A DNA stretch of 64,000 nucleotides from Mobula hypostoma (taxonomy: Eukaryota): contig NC_086097.1 of the NCBI RefSeq assembly GCF_963921235.1, positions 49,912,001 to 49,976,000 on the forward strand, read 5' to 3'. The translations under genes and the position numbers were made by a program. Each line of letters starts with the position of its first letter. Positions within the stretch are counted from its first letter, which is position 1. Below, piece after piece: positions 53,491 to 64,000 of the stretch. The notes beneath the pieces were generated by a model. That model was not told the DNA's origin. It made no database searches and worked only from the letters and a program-made list of their open reading frames with translations.

Positions 53491-54088
53491 CCCATTAAAC
53501 TACCAAGCCTCAGGTGCACAAATGAGTTTTGCACTTGTGATGTGAAAGCTTGTGTCGCATGTTGTTTGTCTTCCCTAGACATGTTGGCAGCCTCTCATTG
53601 TATATGCATCATATATGTGAAGGATGCTGGGTAAATGTTTTAACCTTTGAACTCACTGAAAGCCCTATTGTTCATAGTAAATGGGCTTTAGATGAAATTC
53701 CTTTATGGAGATCACAAAAAATTGCATATCACAGAAGAATTTTTTGTCCAATGTGTTTTCATATTAATATGCTAAAAATTCTACAAATGACAGTAAGATA
53801 ATTCCACCACTAGGTAGCATTAGCTGTGTGTTCTATAACCCTCATTTGCTGTAGATGAAATTGAGGGTTATTATGGAAGAAATGTCAAAGACACTCTGAG
53901 GTGTTCCATTAATGAGATGAATTTCTGTCGCTTGATCCTGACCTAATGCAATTAATTACGTCTCTATGCCATGTTCTTCTCTGCCACATTTCTGATTTGT
54001 ATTCTTGCACGTGTAATCTGTTAAAAGAAAGGAAATGAATGACTAATCCTTATTGTCCTCTTTTGTTTTTAAACATATACTGCCATAG

Positions 54089-54212
54089 GGTGAAATCATA
54101 CTTGATGAGCTGGGGAAATTGCCTTTAAGGAGAGTCAATGTGCGTGTGGCATCGAGCATATTGAAATTCCCACATCAAGAGTCAAGTGACCTTAAAATCT
54201 TGAAAGAGAAAG
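54089..54212 (+). CDS. PLD4: PLD4 exon (GEIILDELGKLPLRRVNVRVASS...DLKILKEK)
   Basis: ATAG / GTGAGG; GE.IL..L..L...VNVR.A motif; phases 0 to 1. Confidence 0.92.
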
Positions 54213-54554
54213 GTGAGGACCATGAACGCTTGTCATCCTGTGTCACCTCAACGGGATCTGTCAATGAAGGCTTATTAGAGATGTGGTAGAGAAGACAGCA
54301 CTCTTAGAATCCGTGCAGAAGAATACTGGAATCCGGCATAGAAACAGACATTGGCCAAAGAGGAAAAAGGAACCATAACTTAGGTCCTTAATTCTTGTAT
54401 CAGTGTGTTGCTGGGTCCGACCCATGTTTTCGGGTGGAAGTCCTGGTTTGCAACACTGGATTTTAGCAGATGATTCTTAGAAAACATACTTCGCAGTATA
54501 ATATGCTAGAAAATTTAGGCAATTTGCTTAGAGTCATATAGAGCAATACAAGAT

Positions 54555-54834
54555 TGAAGTTATTAACTTCAAACTTTCTGCATTTTCACTCAAAGCATTG
54601 AACTGCACATGCATGTAACGAGAGTCGTATAACTCATCTCCTTCTACCTTAGGCCACAAACTTATCAATCACACCTGCTGTGGACCACTTCTACAAAGAA
54701 GGGATCCATATGCTCCACGACCGCTTGACTAGGTGTGTACATGTAGGAGGGGACTATGTTGAAAAATGAATGCGCTAGGTTTTCTAAAATTGACTCCTTC
54801 TACCTTAGGCCATGAACTTATCAATCACCCCTCG
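54555..54834. mobile_element. Mariner-type MITE, copy 2
   Basis: Ends in ...cttatcaatcacccctcg|TA; reverse-orientation match to 38777-39092. Confidence 0.75.
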
Positions 54835-55076
54835 TAAATAAAGAACAACAATAAACTGACAGATGAATGAAATGCAACTTCTGATTCTTTTTCTGCACTA
54901 CTTAACTTGCTGAGTCTTTTCTGTTTGTAACTAAAACAGAAGCTTAACTTAAAGACACATTTTACTGTATCTTTTTTTTTACTATATCTTATGGTCCTGT
55001 TTCTGTTTGGTACTGTTTAAATAAAATCACATTAAATATAATGCTCCACATTTGAGAAAGGTATTTTCAATTACAG

Positions 55077-55204
55077 GAATTCAAATCAGGAATGTGAATT
55101 TTCAAAAAATAATGCATGGTGTTCTTCATTCAAAGCTCTGGATTGTTGATAAGAAACATCTATATATTGGGAGTGCTAATATGGATTGGAGAGCATTAAC
55201 TCAG
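55077..55204 (+). CDS. PLD4: PLD4 exon with first HKD motif ([11 protein letters not shown]...[14 protein letters not shown])
   Basis: TTACAG / GTAAAC; HxKxxxxD and GSANMDWR; phases 1 to 0. Confidence 0.96.
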
Positions 55205-56057
55205 GTAAACATAATTATTCATTGTAAAGCCCTCCCACTGATAATTGTCTCCAACAACATTCTCTGAGAATAATTGGTACTTAAGCTCTTTAACAGATTC
55301 TGTTACTTGTATACCTGAGCATGTGCTGTGTAAAAGTTAATTATCTTGAGGTAGACATGATTACATTTGACTAAAATATTTTAACTAGAGATGTGCAGGA
55401 TTCAGTCCTCATCTCTCATTCCTTCCTAGCTGTTCACATACTGTTTACACTATCTGCATTACATGGTGCAGATCATTCCTTTGATTGTCCAGCAGCTCTC
55501 CATGTTGTGGAGCCTCCTACATCTTGATACTTAATCCATGCGTGGGTGCTATAGACCACTCCTACCCATGTTTTCCCTCAGCTCCATGGCAGCCTTTTAT
55601 GGAGTTGTCTGTGGCTGTTGTGGAGTGAGTTCCTTTACAAAATAACGACTGTGCCTGTGATCAGTACTACAGTGTTTGAGTACTCCTGAGTACAAAGCAC
55701 TGAAGCATCTCTTTTTATCGGCCAATTTCCCAAACTTTTGAAGGGAATCAAACTAGTCTCTAGCACAATGCATAATACATGTTAAGTGTACCAAAAAGAG
55801 GGTGAAATTCAATTTCTTGCCTCTGGAAATGTCCAATATCATTAATTCCATTAATTATTAAAATATTTCTGGTGTCATATACAGAATTATTGTTAAAACA
55901 ATTTAAACCAAGTGGTTCTATTACAATTTAGCAGCAATTTTGATTGTAGTACAATTCGGTCAAGCTCTGATGTTATCTAGTGGAATCCATATTGTGAACA
56001 AAGTTAAGTAGTCCTCCTTGTAGGATCTCTTGTAGAGTTCTTGTAGGATTGAAAATT

Positions 56058-56246
56058 AGTTTCAGTTGAAATTCATTTTGATCCAGTGGACTTTTTCTAT
56101 GAAGTATTTAGCAGGGTATGAGGATATTCAACTGGTCGTTTTCCAACTGTATGCTTAGTTGAAAACGACCAGTCGAACATCCTCATATCCTGCTAAAGAC
56201 TTCATAGGAAAAGTCCACTGGATCAAAATGAATTTCAATTGAAACT
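56058..56246. repeat. Inverted repeat, ~90 bp arms with 8 nt loop
   Basis: 56058-56148 is complementary to 56157-56246 with a few mismatches and a 1 nt indel. Confidence 0.95.
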
Positions 56247-56677
56247 GGCCCAGATTCAATAAATTATTTAAATTGTTCGGTACCTATAAGACATCACTTA
56301 GAATTTTTCAATGATAAGTAGTAATGAAATGTAATCTTCAGTGTTTTGAAAGCATTTTGAAATTGTTTTTAATAGCCTTGGCAATTGATTTATTTGGTTA
56401 TGCCAAACTAGTGAACTTGTTCTCAGTAATATACAGCAGGTACACAATTGTGTTAGTACTGTGTATTAGCAGTTCATTTTACTAGTGGCACAGTATATCA
56501 CATAAGATTTCAAAACTTAAGGAAATCCCTCAATCTGACTGACATTCATTCTGGACTTCTAATGTAAAGCAGATCACAGGCTTAGAACATCATGTACACA
56601 TTACTACGATATTTCCAAAAAATTAAATCTACAATTATATGGGAAATCCATCTTTTGATTTGATGTACTTTTTCCAG

Positions 56678-56878
56678 GTTAAGGAGCTGGGTGCTGTGAT
56701 TTACAATTGCAGTTGCCTTGCCAATGATTTCGCCAAAATATTTGAAGCTTATTGGAGTCTTGGACTGCCAAATGCCACTATCCCCATGCCATGGCCATCT
56801 TCTTATTCCACAAACTTTAACAAGGAAACACCTCTTGATGTAAAACTAAATGGAACTACTGCAAAGGCGTACTTCTCA
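56678..56878 (+). CDS. PLD4: PLD4 exon (VKELGAVIYNCSCLANDFAKIFEAYW...LNGTTAKAYFS)
   Basis: TTCCAG / GTGAGT; VKELGAVIYNCS typical of PLD4; 201 nt. Confidence 0.96.
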
Positions 56879-57084
56879 GTGAGTTGAAATAAATATTACT
56901 TTTCTAAAAGGACATATGAGGTGATGGGCAAAACAGCCTGTAAAGTGGAAGCTCAACACTCATGGTGATCTGGTATTGGTCTTGCCAAAATATTTGAAGG
57001 CAGATTTTTCATCTGGTCAGAGATTTACGAGGCTCAGACCTTAGTGCACATTTATGATGAATGCAGTAAATATTTGCCTCCAAC

Positions 57085-57275
57085 ATCCCCTACCCTTAGG
57101 TTCACTTGTTCCATTCCTAACACCTCTCTCCCCTTTCTTGATCTTCCTCTCTCCATCTCTGCAGGCAAACTGTCTTCTGATATTTTTTATAAACCTACTG
57201 ATTCCCATGGCTATCTTGACTATATCTCTTGCTACCCTGTCCCCTGTAAAATTGTCACTCCCTTTTCTCAGTTGG
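57085..57275 (+). mobile_element. Penelope-like RT fragment
   Basis: LRFTCSI..TSLPFLDL...DIFYKPTDSHGYLDY; similar to 60590-60720. Confidence 0.8.
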
Positions 57276-57636
57276 TGTTTGGATTACGTCAGTTTTAAAA
57301 TACAGGCTCATGGAGTCTCATGACTACTGTGCAGCTAAGACTACCTCAATGCTTTTTCTCCTTTCACTTCTCTGGGCTTCATCTTGTGAGTATTGCTCAG
57401 TTCAGAAATCGTGCTTAATAATAGCTTCAGTGCTATCCTGCCTGCTGCAGCTGAGAAGTTATAAATAGAAGTACTAATGGAAGGAAGGGAGTAAAGTGTT
57501 GCTTCTGAGACTGAAAGGCATCAATGGAAAAATGTAGCAAGCATACTGTTTGTGCAGGGTTTTGTTTCAAAGTATGCATATGAGTGACTGGAGCAGACAG
57601 AAACAAGGAAAACAGATACTTTTCCATATTATCTGT

Positions 57637-57735
57637 CGATTATCTGACGAAGGGTCTCGGCCTGAAACATCGACTGCGCCTCTTCCTATAGATGCTGCTT
57701 GGCCTGCTGCGTTCACCAGCAACTTTGATGTATGT
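57637..57735 (+). mobile_element. ~100 bp Penelope-end insert starting at the hammerhead core, with 20 bp flanking duplication
   Basis: TACTTTTCCATATTATCTGT at 57617-57636 and 57736-57755; CTGACGA-AGGGTCTCGGCCT-GAAAC-ATC-GACT inside. Confidence 0.8.
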
Positions 57736-58549
57736 TACTTTTCCATATTATCTGTGATTAGAGGATTGCATGGATAGGATTTGAAATATCCCTAGTTTGG
57801 CGAGGACCAAAAACTAGGGTGTTACTCCAGCCGAGTACTGAGGGAGTATTGCACCTTAGCCTTTTGGATAATATGTAACACCTGTATCTGCTCTTAGAAG
57901 TAGATTTATCAGTCCCATAGAATTTTTTTTTATATAAAGGACAGAACTTTCTAACTGTTCTGGCCAAAATTAACCCTTCCTTCAATATTGCTTGAAAAAA
58001 AACTTGATTAAGAACATTTTTTTGTGGGAACTTGCCGAAAACACTGACTGCATTTCCCACATTTTCGAAGTACTTTATTGACTACAGAATGCTTTGGGAT
58101 GCTCTGATAGGGACATGGTAGAAATTTTATCTATATAGAATTTTATCTATATAGAATTTTGTTCTTGCAGCTTCTGTTGTAAAGAGCAGGACTTTCCTTC
58201 AAATTGAGAAATAATGCTGACGAATTAGAATTGGTGATTTAGACAAGTAAGAAACGTGGACACACTGTGTCAAGCTTCTCACAAATGCTTAAACCTTCTT
58301 AGACCTGTTAAGTTTACTCACTTTTTTAAATTGTAGGAGAAAACTATTAAGACTTAAACTGAAAATAATTTAGTGAATCTTTCTGTCAGTGAAATCTTTG
58401 GAAAAAGAATTGAGCACAAACTTTAGATTCAAAATCAGAAGAAACAATTAGAAAGCTGGATACTTCCCTTGTTTACATCTTCACAGATATCCCAAGGAGA
58501 TATGTTTCCAAGCAATAGATTTGAGATCCATAAATTCAGTCAGTGACTT

Positions 58550-59207
58550 AGAAAACATAGAAACATAGAAAACCTACAACACAATACAGGCCCTTCGGCC
58601 CATAATGCTGTGCCGAACATATACTTACTTTAGGAATTATCTAGGGTTACCCATAGCCCTCTATTTTTCTAAGCTCCATATACCTATCCAGGTGTCTCTT
58701 AAAAGACCCTATCGTATCCACCTCCAGCACCGTTGCTGGCAGCCCATTCCACACACTTACCACTCTCTACTTAAAAAAAACTTACCCCTGACATCTCCTC
58801 TGTACCTACTTCAAAGAACCTTAAAACTGTGTCCTCTTGTGTTGGCCATTTCAGCCCTGGGAAAAAGGCTCTGACTATCCACATGATCAATGCCTCCCAT
58901 CTTATACACCTCTATCATTTCACCCCTCGTCCTCCATCACTCTAAGGAGAAAAGGCTGAGTTCACTCAACCTGTTCTCATAAGGCATGCTCCCCAATCCA
59001 GGCAACATCCTTGTAAGTCTCCTCTGCAAGCTTTTTATAGTTTCCACATCCTTCCTGTAGTGAGGTGACCAGAACTGAGTGCAGTACTCCAAGTGGGGTC
59101 TAACCAGGGTCCTAAATAGCTGTAACATTACCTCTCAGCTCTTAAACTCCATCCCATGGTTGATGAAGGCCAATGCACCGTATGCCTTCTTAACCACAGA
59201 GTCAACC
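58550..59207 (-). mobile_element. CR1 LINE 3' fragment
   Basis: MLQLFRTLVRPHLEYCTQFWSPHYRKD; (CATAGAAA)n tail on the plus strand. Confidence 0.9.
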
Positions 59208-59780
59208 TTCTTGCCAAATAGGCTGAATCTATACCCAGGAACCTAGGAACAGAGAGAAGAGGCAATTATAGAGAGAGTCAGCCTAAGCAAGCACAGATTT
59301 GGTTGGATTTTATTGTTGTTCTGTGCTGCAAATTCTTTGCAATTCTTTGTGATATTTTGATATGGAGGCCTCAATTTGTTGAGTGGCTAATTTAAATTAG
59401 ATAAAATCAATTAGTTGTAGTAGTTTGAGGTTTTACAACCTGGAGCTATTGCAGAAACAACAGAAAATGTTGGAACTACTCAGCAACTCAGACATCATTT
59501 GTGGAGTTGAGAAATATGGAGGACAATGGTAATATTAGTGTCATCCTGCAGATGAATTAGGTGAAGCAATTTAATGTTTCTCATTTGGATTGGTTCATTC
59601 AAGGAGCTGTACTTAAAACATGTCAAGGATGGTTATTTATATTACTACCACTACTGGAGCTGCATATGTTCATATTGTCAAGAAAGCAGAGATGTTATTT
59701 CTAAGTACAAATTATCAGTCACTGCATAAGAACTGGCATTAAAGAAAACATTTCAAGTACTAACTTATTGATTTATCTAG

Positions 59781-59920
59781 AGTTCTCCTCCAAGGCTGTG
59801 TCCAAAAGGCCGGACTACTGACATTGATGCTATACTCAGTGGCATTAATGCTGCAAGGAAGTTTCTGTATATTTCCGTCATGGAATATTTTCCAACATCA
59901 CGTTTTCTGCGACATGTGTT
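59781..59920 (+). CDS. PLD4: PLD4 exon (SSPPRLCPKGRTTDIDAIL...ISVMEYFPTSRF..)
   Basis: TCTAG / GTAAGT; SPP.LCP.GRT.D and SVMEYFPT (PLD4-type); phases 0 to 2. Confidence 0.95.
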
Positions 59921-60019
59921 GTAAGTGAAATGGATTACTAATACATCAGGAATACGTGATTATGGTATTTACATAATTACAGTCCTATATATGATTGTAA
60001 ATCTCATTTTGTTGCCTAG

Positions 60020-60182
60020 ATACTGGCCACTTATTGATGACTCACTGAGGAAAGCAGCAATTGAACGTCGTGTTCACATCCAGTTGTTGGTTGGTTACTG
60101 GAAACATTCAGATAAATCCATGCTGGCTTACCTTCAGTCTCTGCAGGCTCTAAGGAACGTCAAGAAAGTCCATTTTGATGTG
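60020..60182 (+). CDS. PLD4: PLD4 exon (YWPLIDDSLRKAAIERRVHIQLLVGYWKHS...HFDV)
   Basis: CCTAG / GTGACT; YWP.ID..LR.AA motif; phases 2 to 0. Confidence 0.93.
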
Positions 60183-60469
60183 GTGACTAACTTATTTCTT
60201 TCCTTTAAAAAGTTACTAGTTGCATCAAAGACTATCTGGATTTTATTAATTCTAGGTTAATTTATTAATGTAAGGATAAATACAGAAATGTATGTGGAGT
60301 AATCTCAGTTTGTATAAATTACTCATACTTTGAAACAGTCAGTAAAATATTTAGCATGTTGCTGTGAGGAATATTTAGAATTAATTTCTCATCATTCTTA
60401 GGGTCTTTAAATTCTATGGAGTTCCTAAAGGTATACTGGGCTTTAACTATTCCATGTTCCAAGCCTTCC

Positions 60470-61905
60470 CTGATAATGCTCCCAGGCTCTTTCTGCACTA
60501 CATTGATGACTGCATTGGTGCTTCATTGGCACCCATGCTGAGCTCATCAATTTCATCAACCTTCCCACCAACTTCCACCCTGCCCATAAATTTATTGCTC
60601 CATTTCTGACAACTTTCTCCCTTTTTCGATCTCTCTGACTCTATCTCTGGAAACAAACTGCCTACCAAAATCTTTATATATCTACCAATTCCCATGGCTA
60701 ACTTGACTATACCTCTTTCCACCCTGTCCCTGTCTCCTGTAAAACTGCCATACCCCTTTCTCAGTTCCTTCATCTCCACCACATCTGCTCCCAGGATGAG
60801 GCTTTTCTTTTCAGGACATCTGAGAAGTCCTCCTCCTTCAAAGAACAGGGTTTCCTTTCTGCGCAATTAATTCTGCTGTCTCCTGCATCTCCTCAGTTTC
60901 CTGGACAGCCATGCTCATCCCTTCTTTCTGCCCCTTAACAGTGATAGAGTTCCTCTTGTTCTCACCTACCACCCCATGAGCCTCCACGTCCAACACATCA
61001 TTCTCCTCAACATCTGCCATCTTCAACAGCACCCTACCATCAAATACATCTTTACCTCCACCCAACTCACCGCTTTCTGCAGGGATTGCTCCTCTATGAC
61101 TCCCTTGTCCACTTGTCCCTCCCCACTGTTCTCCCTGCTGGCACTTACCGAACAAGCAGAGCGGCACATTCACTTTCTCCCTCACCTCCATTCAAGGCCC
61201 CAGACAGTCCTTCCAGGTGAGGCAACACTTCACCTGTGAATCTTTTGGGATTGTCTAATGCGTCTGGTGCTCCCGGAGCAGCTCCCTCTACACTGGTGAG
61301 ACCCAACATAGATTGGGGGACCAATTTGATGAGTACCTCTGCTCTATCTGCAAAAAACAGAATTTCCCAGCGGCCAACCATTTAAATTCCTATCTCCATT
61401 CTTGTTCCAACATGTCAGTCCATGGTTTCCTCTTCTGCCATGATGAAGCCGCTCTCCGGGTGGAAGAGAAACGCCTCATATTCCACCTAGGTAGTCTCCA
61501 ACCAGATGGTATGAACATGGATGACTCCAACCTCCAGCAATTTTTCCCTCCCCTTCCATCTTTTTCAATTCTCCACTCTAGTATCTTACCTCTTCTCCTT
61601 GTCTGTCTATCACCCCCCCCCCCGGGTGCCCCTTCTCCTTTCCTCTCCTATCAGATTCCTTCTTCTCCAGCCCTTTGCCTTTTCCACATATCACTTCCCA
61701 GCTTCTTACCTCATTCCCCTCTCCCATCTGGCTTCACCTATCACCTTCTAGCTTGTCCTCCTTCCCTTTGCCCTCACTTTCTTCTTCTGGCATCTTCCCC
61801 CTTCCTTTCCAGTGCTGATGAAGATCTCAGCCCAAAACATCGACTTTATTTATTTCCATAGATGCTGTCTGACCTGCTGAGTTCCTCCAGCTTTTTGTGT
61901 GTATT
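60470..61905 (+). mobile_element. Penelope-like retroelement remnant (RT, GIY-YIG, 3' palindromic end)
   Basis: LFLHYIDDCIG (YIDD at ~60499), GIY-YIG remnant GIV*CVWC....LYTGET (~61248-61303), LIFHLGSLQPDGMN, pyrimidine-rich 3' region, degenerate hammerhead CTGATGA...AAAACATCGACT (61815-61845). Confidence 0.88.
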
Positions 61906-61983
61906 ATACTAGGCTTTGATTTTTCTTATACATAATGTGAATTCTTGTTGATTAGTAGTAATATAAACATTACTATTTTGTAG

Positions 61984-62080
61984 AAAATCTTCATTGTTCC
62001 TTTGGGGAAGTTTAGCAAGATTCCTTATGCAAGAGTGAGCCATGCCAAGTACTTTGTAACAGAAAATATTGCATATATAG
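61984..62080 (+). CDS. PLD4: PLD4 exon with second HKD-type motif (IPYARVSHAKYFVTENIAYIG)
   Basis: TTTTGTAG / GTAAGA; HxKxxxxE as in PLD3/4; phases 0 to 1. Confidence 0.95.
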
Positions 62081-63350
62081 GTAAGAGGTTTATCATTGTT
62101 TCAATGCATTAGTGTTCTAAGTCAACAATTGTAATGTGGAAACAGATTTGAGGATCCAGTCAGTGGAGCAGAAGACACTGATTACAAGTAAGTACACTAA
62201 CATTTATTTACAGACAAGCAGCAAAACATTCCACCAACATCTAAGTCAAAGAAGTACTCAGCTAAACCACCCTAAGTTACAAAAACTATGACACTAAACA
62301 TTCAGTAACACTTCAAATTCAACAGATACTTTAAGTCTCCCCAAGAAACACAACTACAAAAGTAAACATTCAGCCTCTCCTCAAATCACTATAATTAGGA
62401 TAATAAAAGGGCACTCTTAATGGATATCACTATGTATTAGATGGTGGTGTATGTCCAATAAAAATGCACCATATCTGTTTTGGAGTTGATGGTGTTTCTT
62501 TAACATTGATGCTTTGAACCTGGTGATGGAGGCGATAGAAGAGGAAAGTGCAGCTGTGATAGGCTGGGTGACTTGCTGGAATAAATCTTACAGAGGGAAA
62601 CATTGCAGACAAAGTGTGCCAGTGATAGAAAAAGTGCAGACTCTACTAGTGACGGTAAGGGAAATAGAACAGTGCACCTTGAGTGCTGTAGTTGCACCCA
62701 GCCAGGTAAAGTATGGATACTTAATTATGTTCCTGGTTTTGGACTTGTAGACAGAGGTTTTCAGAGATCAAGAAATATGCCACTCATTGCTGAACTGCCT
62801 TGCTTTCAGATGGCTGAGGCAGCTCAATAAATACTTCTTTTCTGTATTATTTTGTATTCCTTTAACACCTTGACTATTCCCATTAATACACTTTCTAATT
62901 ATCAAATAACCAAGAGTGCATATATTGTCATTGATGTTTTAATGACATCTTTTATACTCCTTTTATCTGATATGCTTCTTCCCTAAAATATGTTCATATT
63001 GTCTGCATTTTAATCTGTGCAAGAATATTTTATTTGTTATCAACTGTATCCATTTGATCTAATTACTATATAGCACTACATCCGACATCCAGTTAGTTAA
63101 TTGAGTACTAGTGAAATTGGACCATTTGACTGATTGCAGGTCAGAACTGAGACTTGCTGTTGGGTTCCTTGATATGTTATAGAAATTATTGTCAAACATA
63201 TTAAATAGTATAAAATAAAAGAATATTTTTAGGTTTGCAAATGAAGATTCTACACCAAATCATTTTCAGACATATTGCTCAGATTTTGGAGGGAGGGTAT
63301 TTCTGCTTTGCTGCAAATATATTGTTTTCATCAAAAGTATTGTCTTCCAG

Positions 63351-63541
63351 GTACTTCAAATTGGTCTTATGACTACTTCAATACTACAACTGGAGTTGGT
63401 CTGCTGATAAATCAGACTTCAGGATACGAAGAAGAGGCTGATAATACAATTCATTATCAGTTAAAGAGCCTATTTCAAAGAGACTGGAATTCCAACTATT
63501 CCATCACCTTGGATGATTTGGAAGATGATCTTTTGTATTAA
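63351..63541 (+). CDS. PLD4: PLD4 terminal coding exon (TSNWSYDYF...QLKSLFQRDWNSNYS...LLY*)
   Basis: TTCCAG acceptor in phase 1; GTSNWS.DYF and F.RDW.S.Y motifs; TAA at 63539-63541. Confidence 0.94.
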
Positions 63542-64000
63542 ACTAATGGATTAAAATTATGGTTTGTGGGTACTGTACATTTGGGGTAAAACACAAACAG
63601 GATCTTTTAAACTCAGAAGGCTTTTGTTTTCTATGCTCCCCTTCAATTCAGAGGTTGTGAACTGAAGGAGAGTAAGAGGCAAACGCTCACTCTGTCGAAG
63701 AGTAGTGAAAGAGATAGAGGCTTCCTGAATCATTGGGCTCTTGGTAAATGGTAAATAATTATGTGAGCTGAGTGGGATTCTTTCATTCCATTGCAGGATA
63801 CATCTACTTTTACGTGTGAAGAAATTACATGTTGGACCCTGGGAAAGAAAGATCTGCCAATCTTGGCCAGGATTGGGTGGGTAACTTTCAAGGCTTTCTG
63901 GGCTTGATCTGGAGTTTCCAGCTTAGGGACCAGTCTGTGTGATGAGACTGCTGAGATGAAGGGGTGGGATGGGGTTGCAGTTTGGGGAAAGGTAATTGGA

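Noticed and set aside
58118..58160. Short tandem duplication (TAGAATTTTATCTATA)x2-3
   Set aside because: Ordinary slippage repeat with no spacer structure; not CRISPR-like.
61313..61861. 182 aa Pro/Ser/Leu-rich ORF as a novel protein
   Set aside because: Read-through from the Penelope endonuclease C-terminus into its pyrimidine-rich 3' region.
62130..62430. Possible solo LTR starting TGTAATG
   Set aside because: No clear terminal CA, TSD or second copy in the window.

Overview
AT-rich vertebrate genomic DNA with spliced genes. The repeat spectrum (CR1, Rex1/Babar, Penelope-type palindromic ends, V-SINE-like) suggests a cartilaginous fish, probably a ray (inference). Two + strand genes are present. 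The first is the last seven coding exons plus a ~3.5 kb 3' UTR of CEP170B (681-~14865). The second is an apparently complete PLD3/4-family lysosomal exonuclease gene (coding exons 40899-63541, possible upstream exon ~17.4 kb), called PLD4 from the CEP170B-PLD4 neighbourhood. Introns and intergenic DNA are full of decayed transposons. Highlights: (1) a non-autonomous Gypsy-type LTR retroelement remnant (~33875-38200, -) whose gag/pol core is replaced by two cargo fragments, an intronless RBM25 RRM segment and an internal piece of a HERO-type restriction-like-endonuclease LINE; (2) Penelope-like element ends carrying minimal hammerhead ribozyme motifs, some as 100-170 bp inserts with their own flanking duplications; (3) an RTE LINE insertion that carries a 209 bp inverted copy of its own target flank inside a 14 bp TSD; (4) apparent paired loss of a disulfide cysteine pair in PLD4; (5) a candidate 39 nt CEP170B microexon. 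All family assignments come from manual translation and recalled sequences; no database searches were run.
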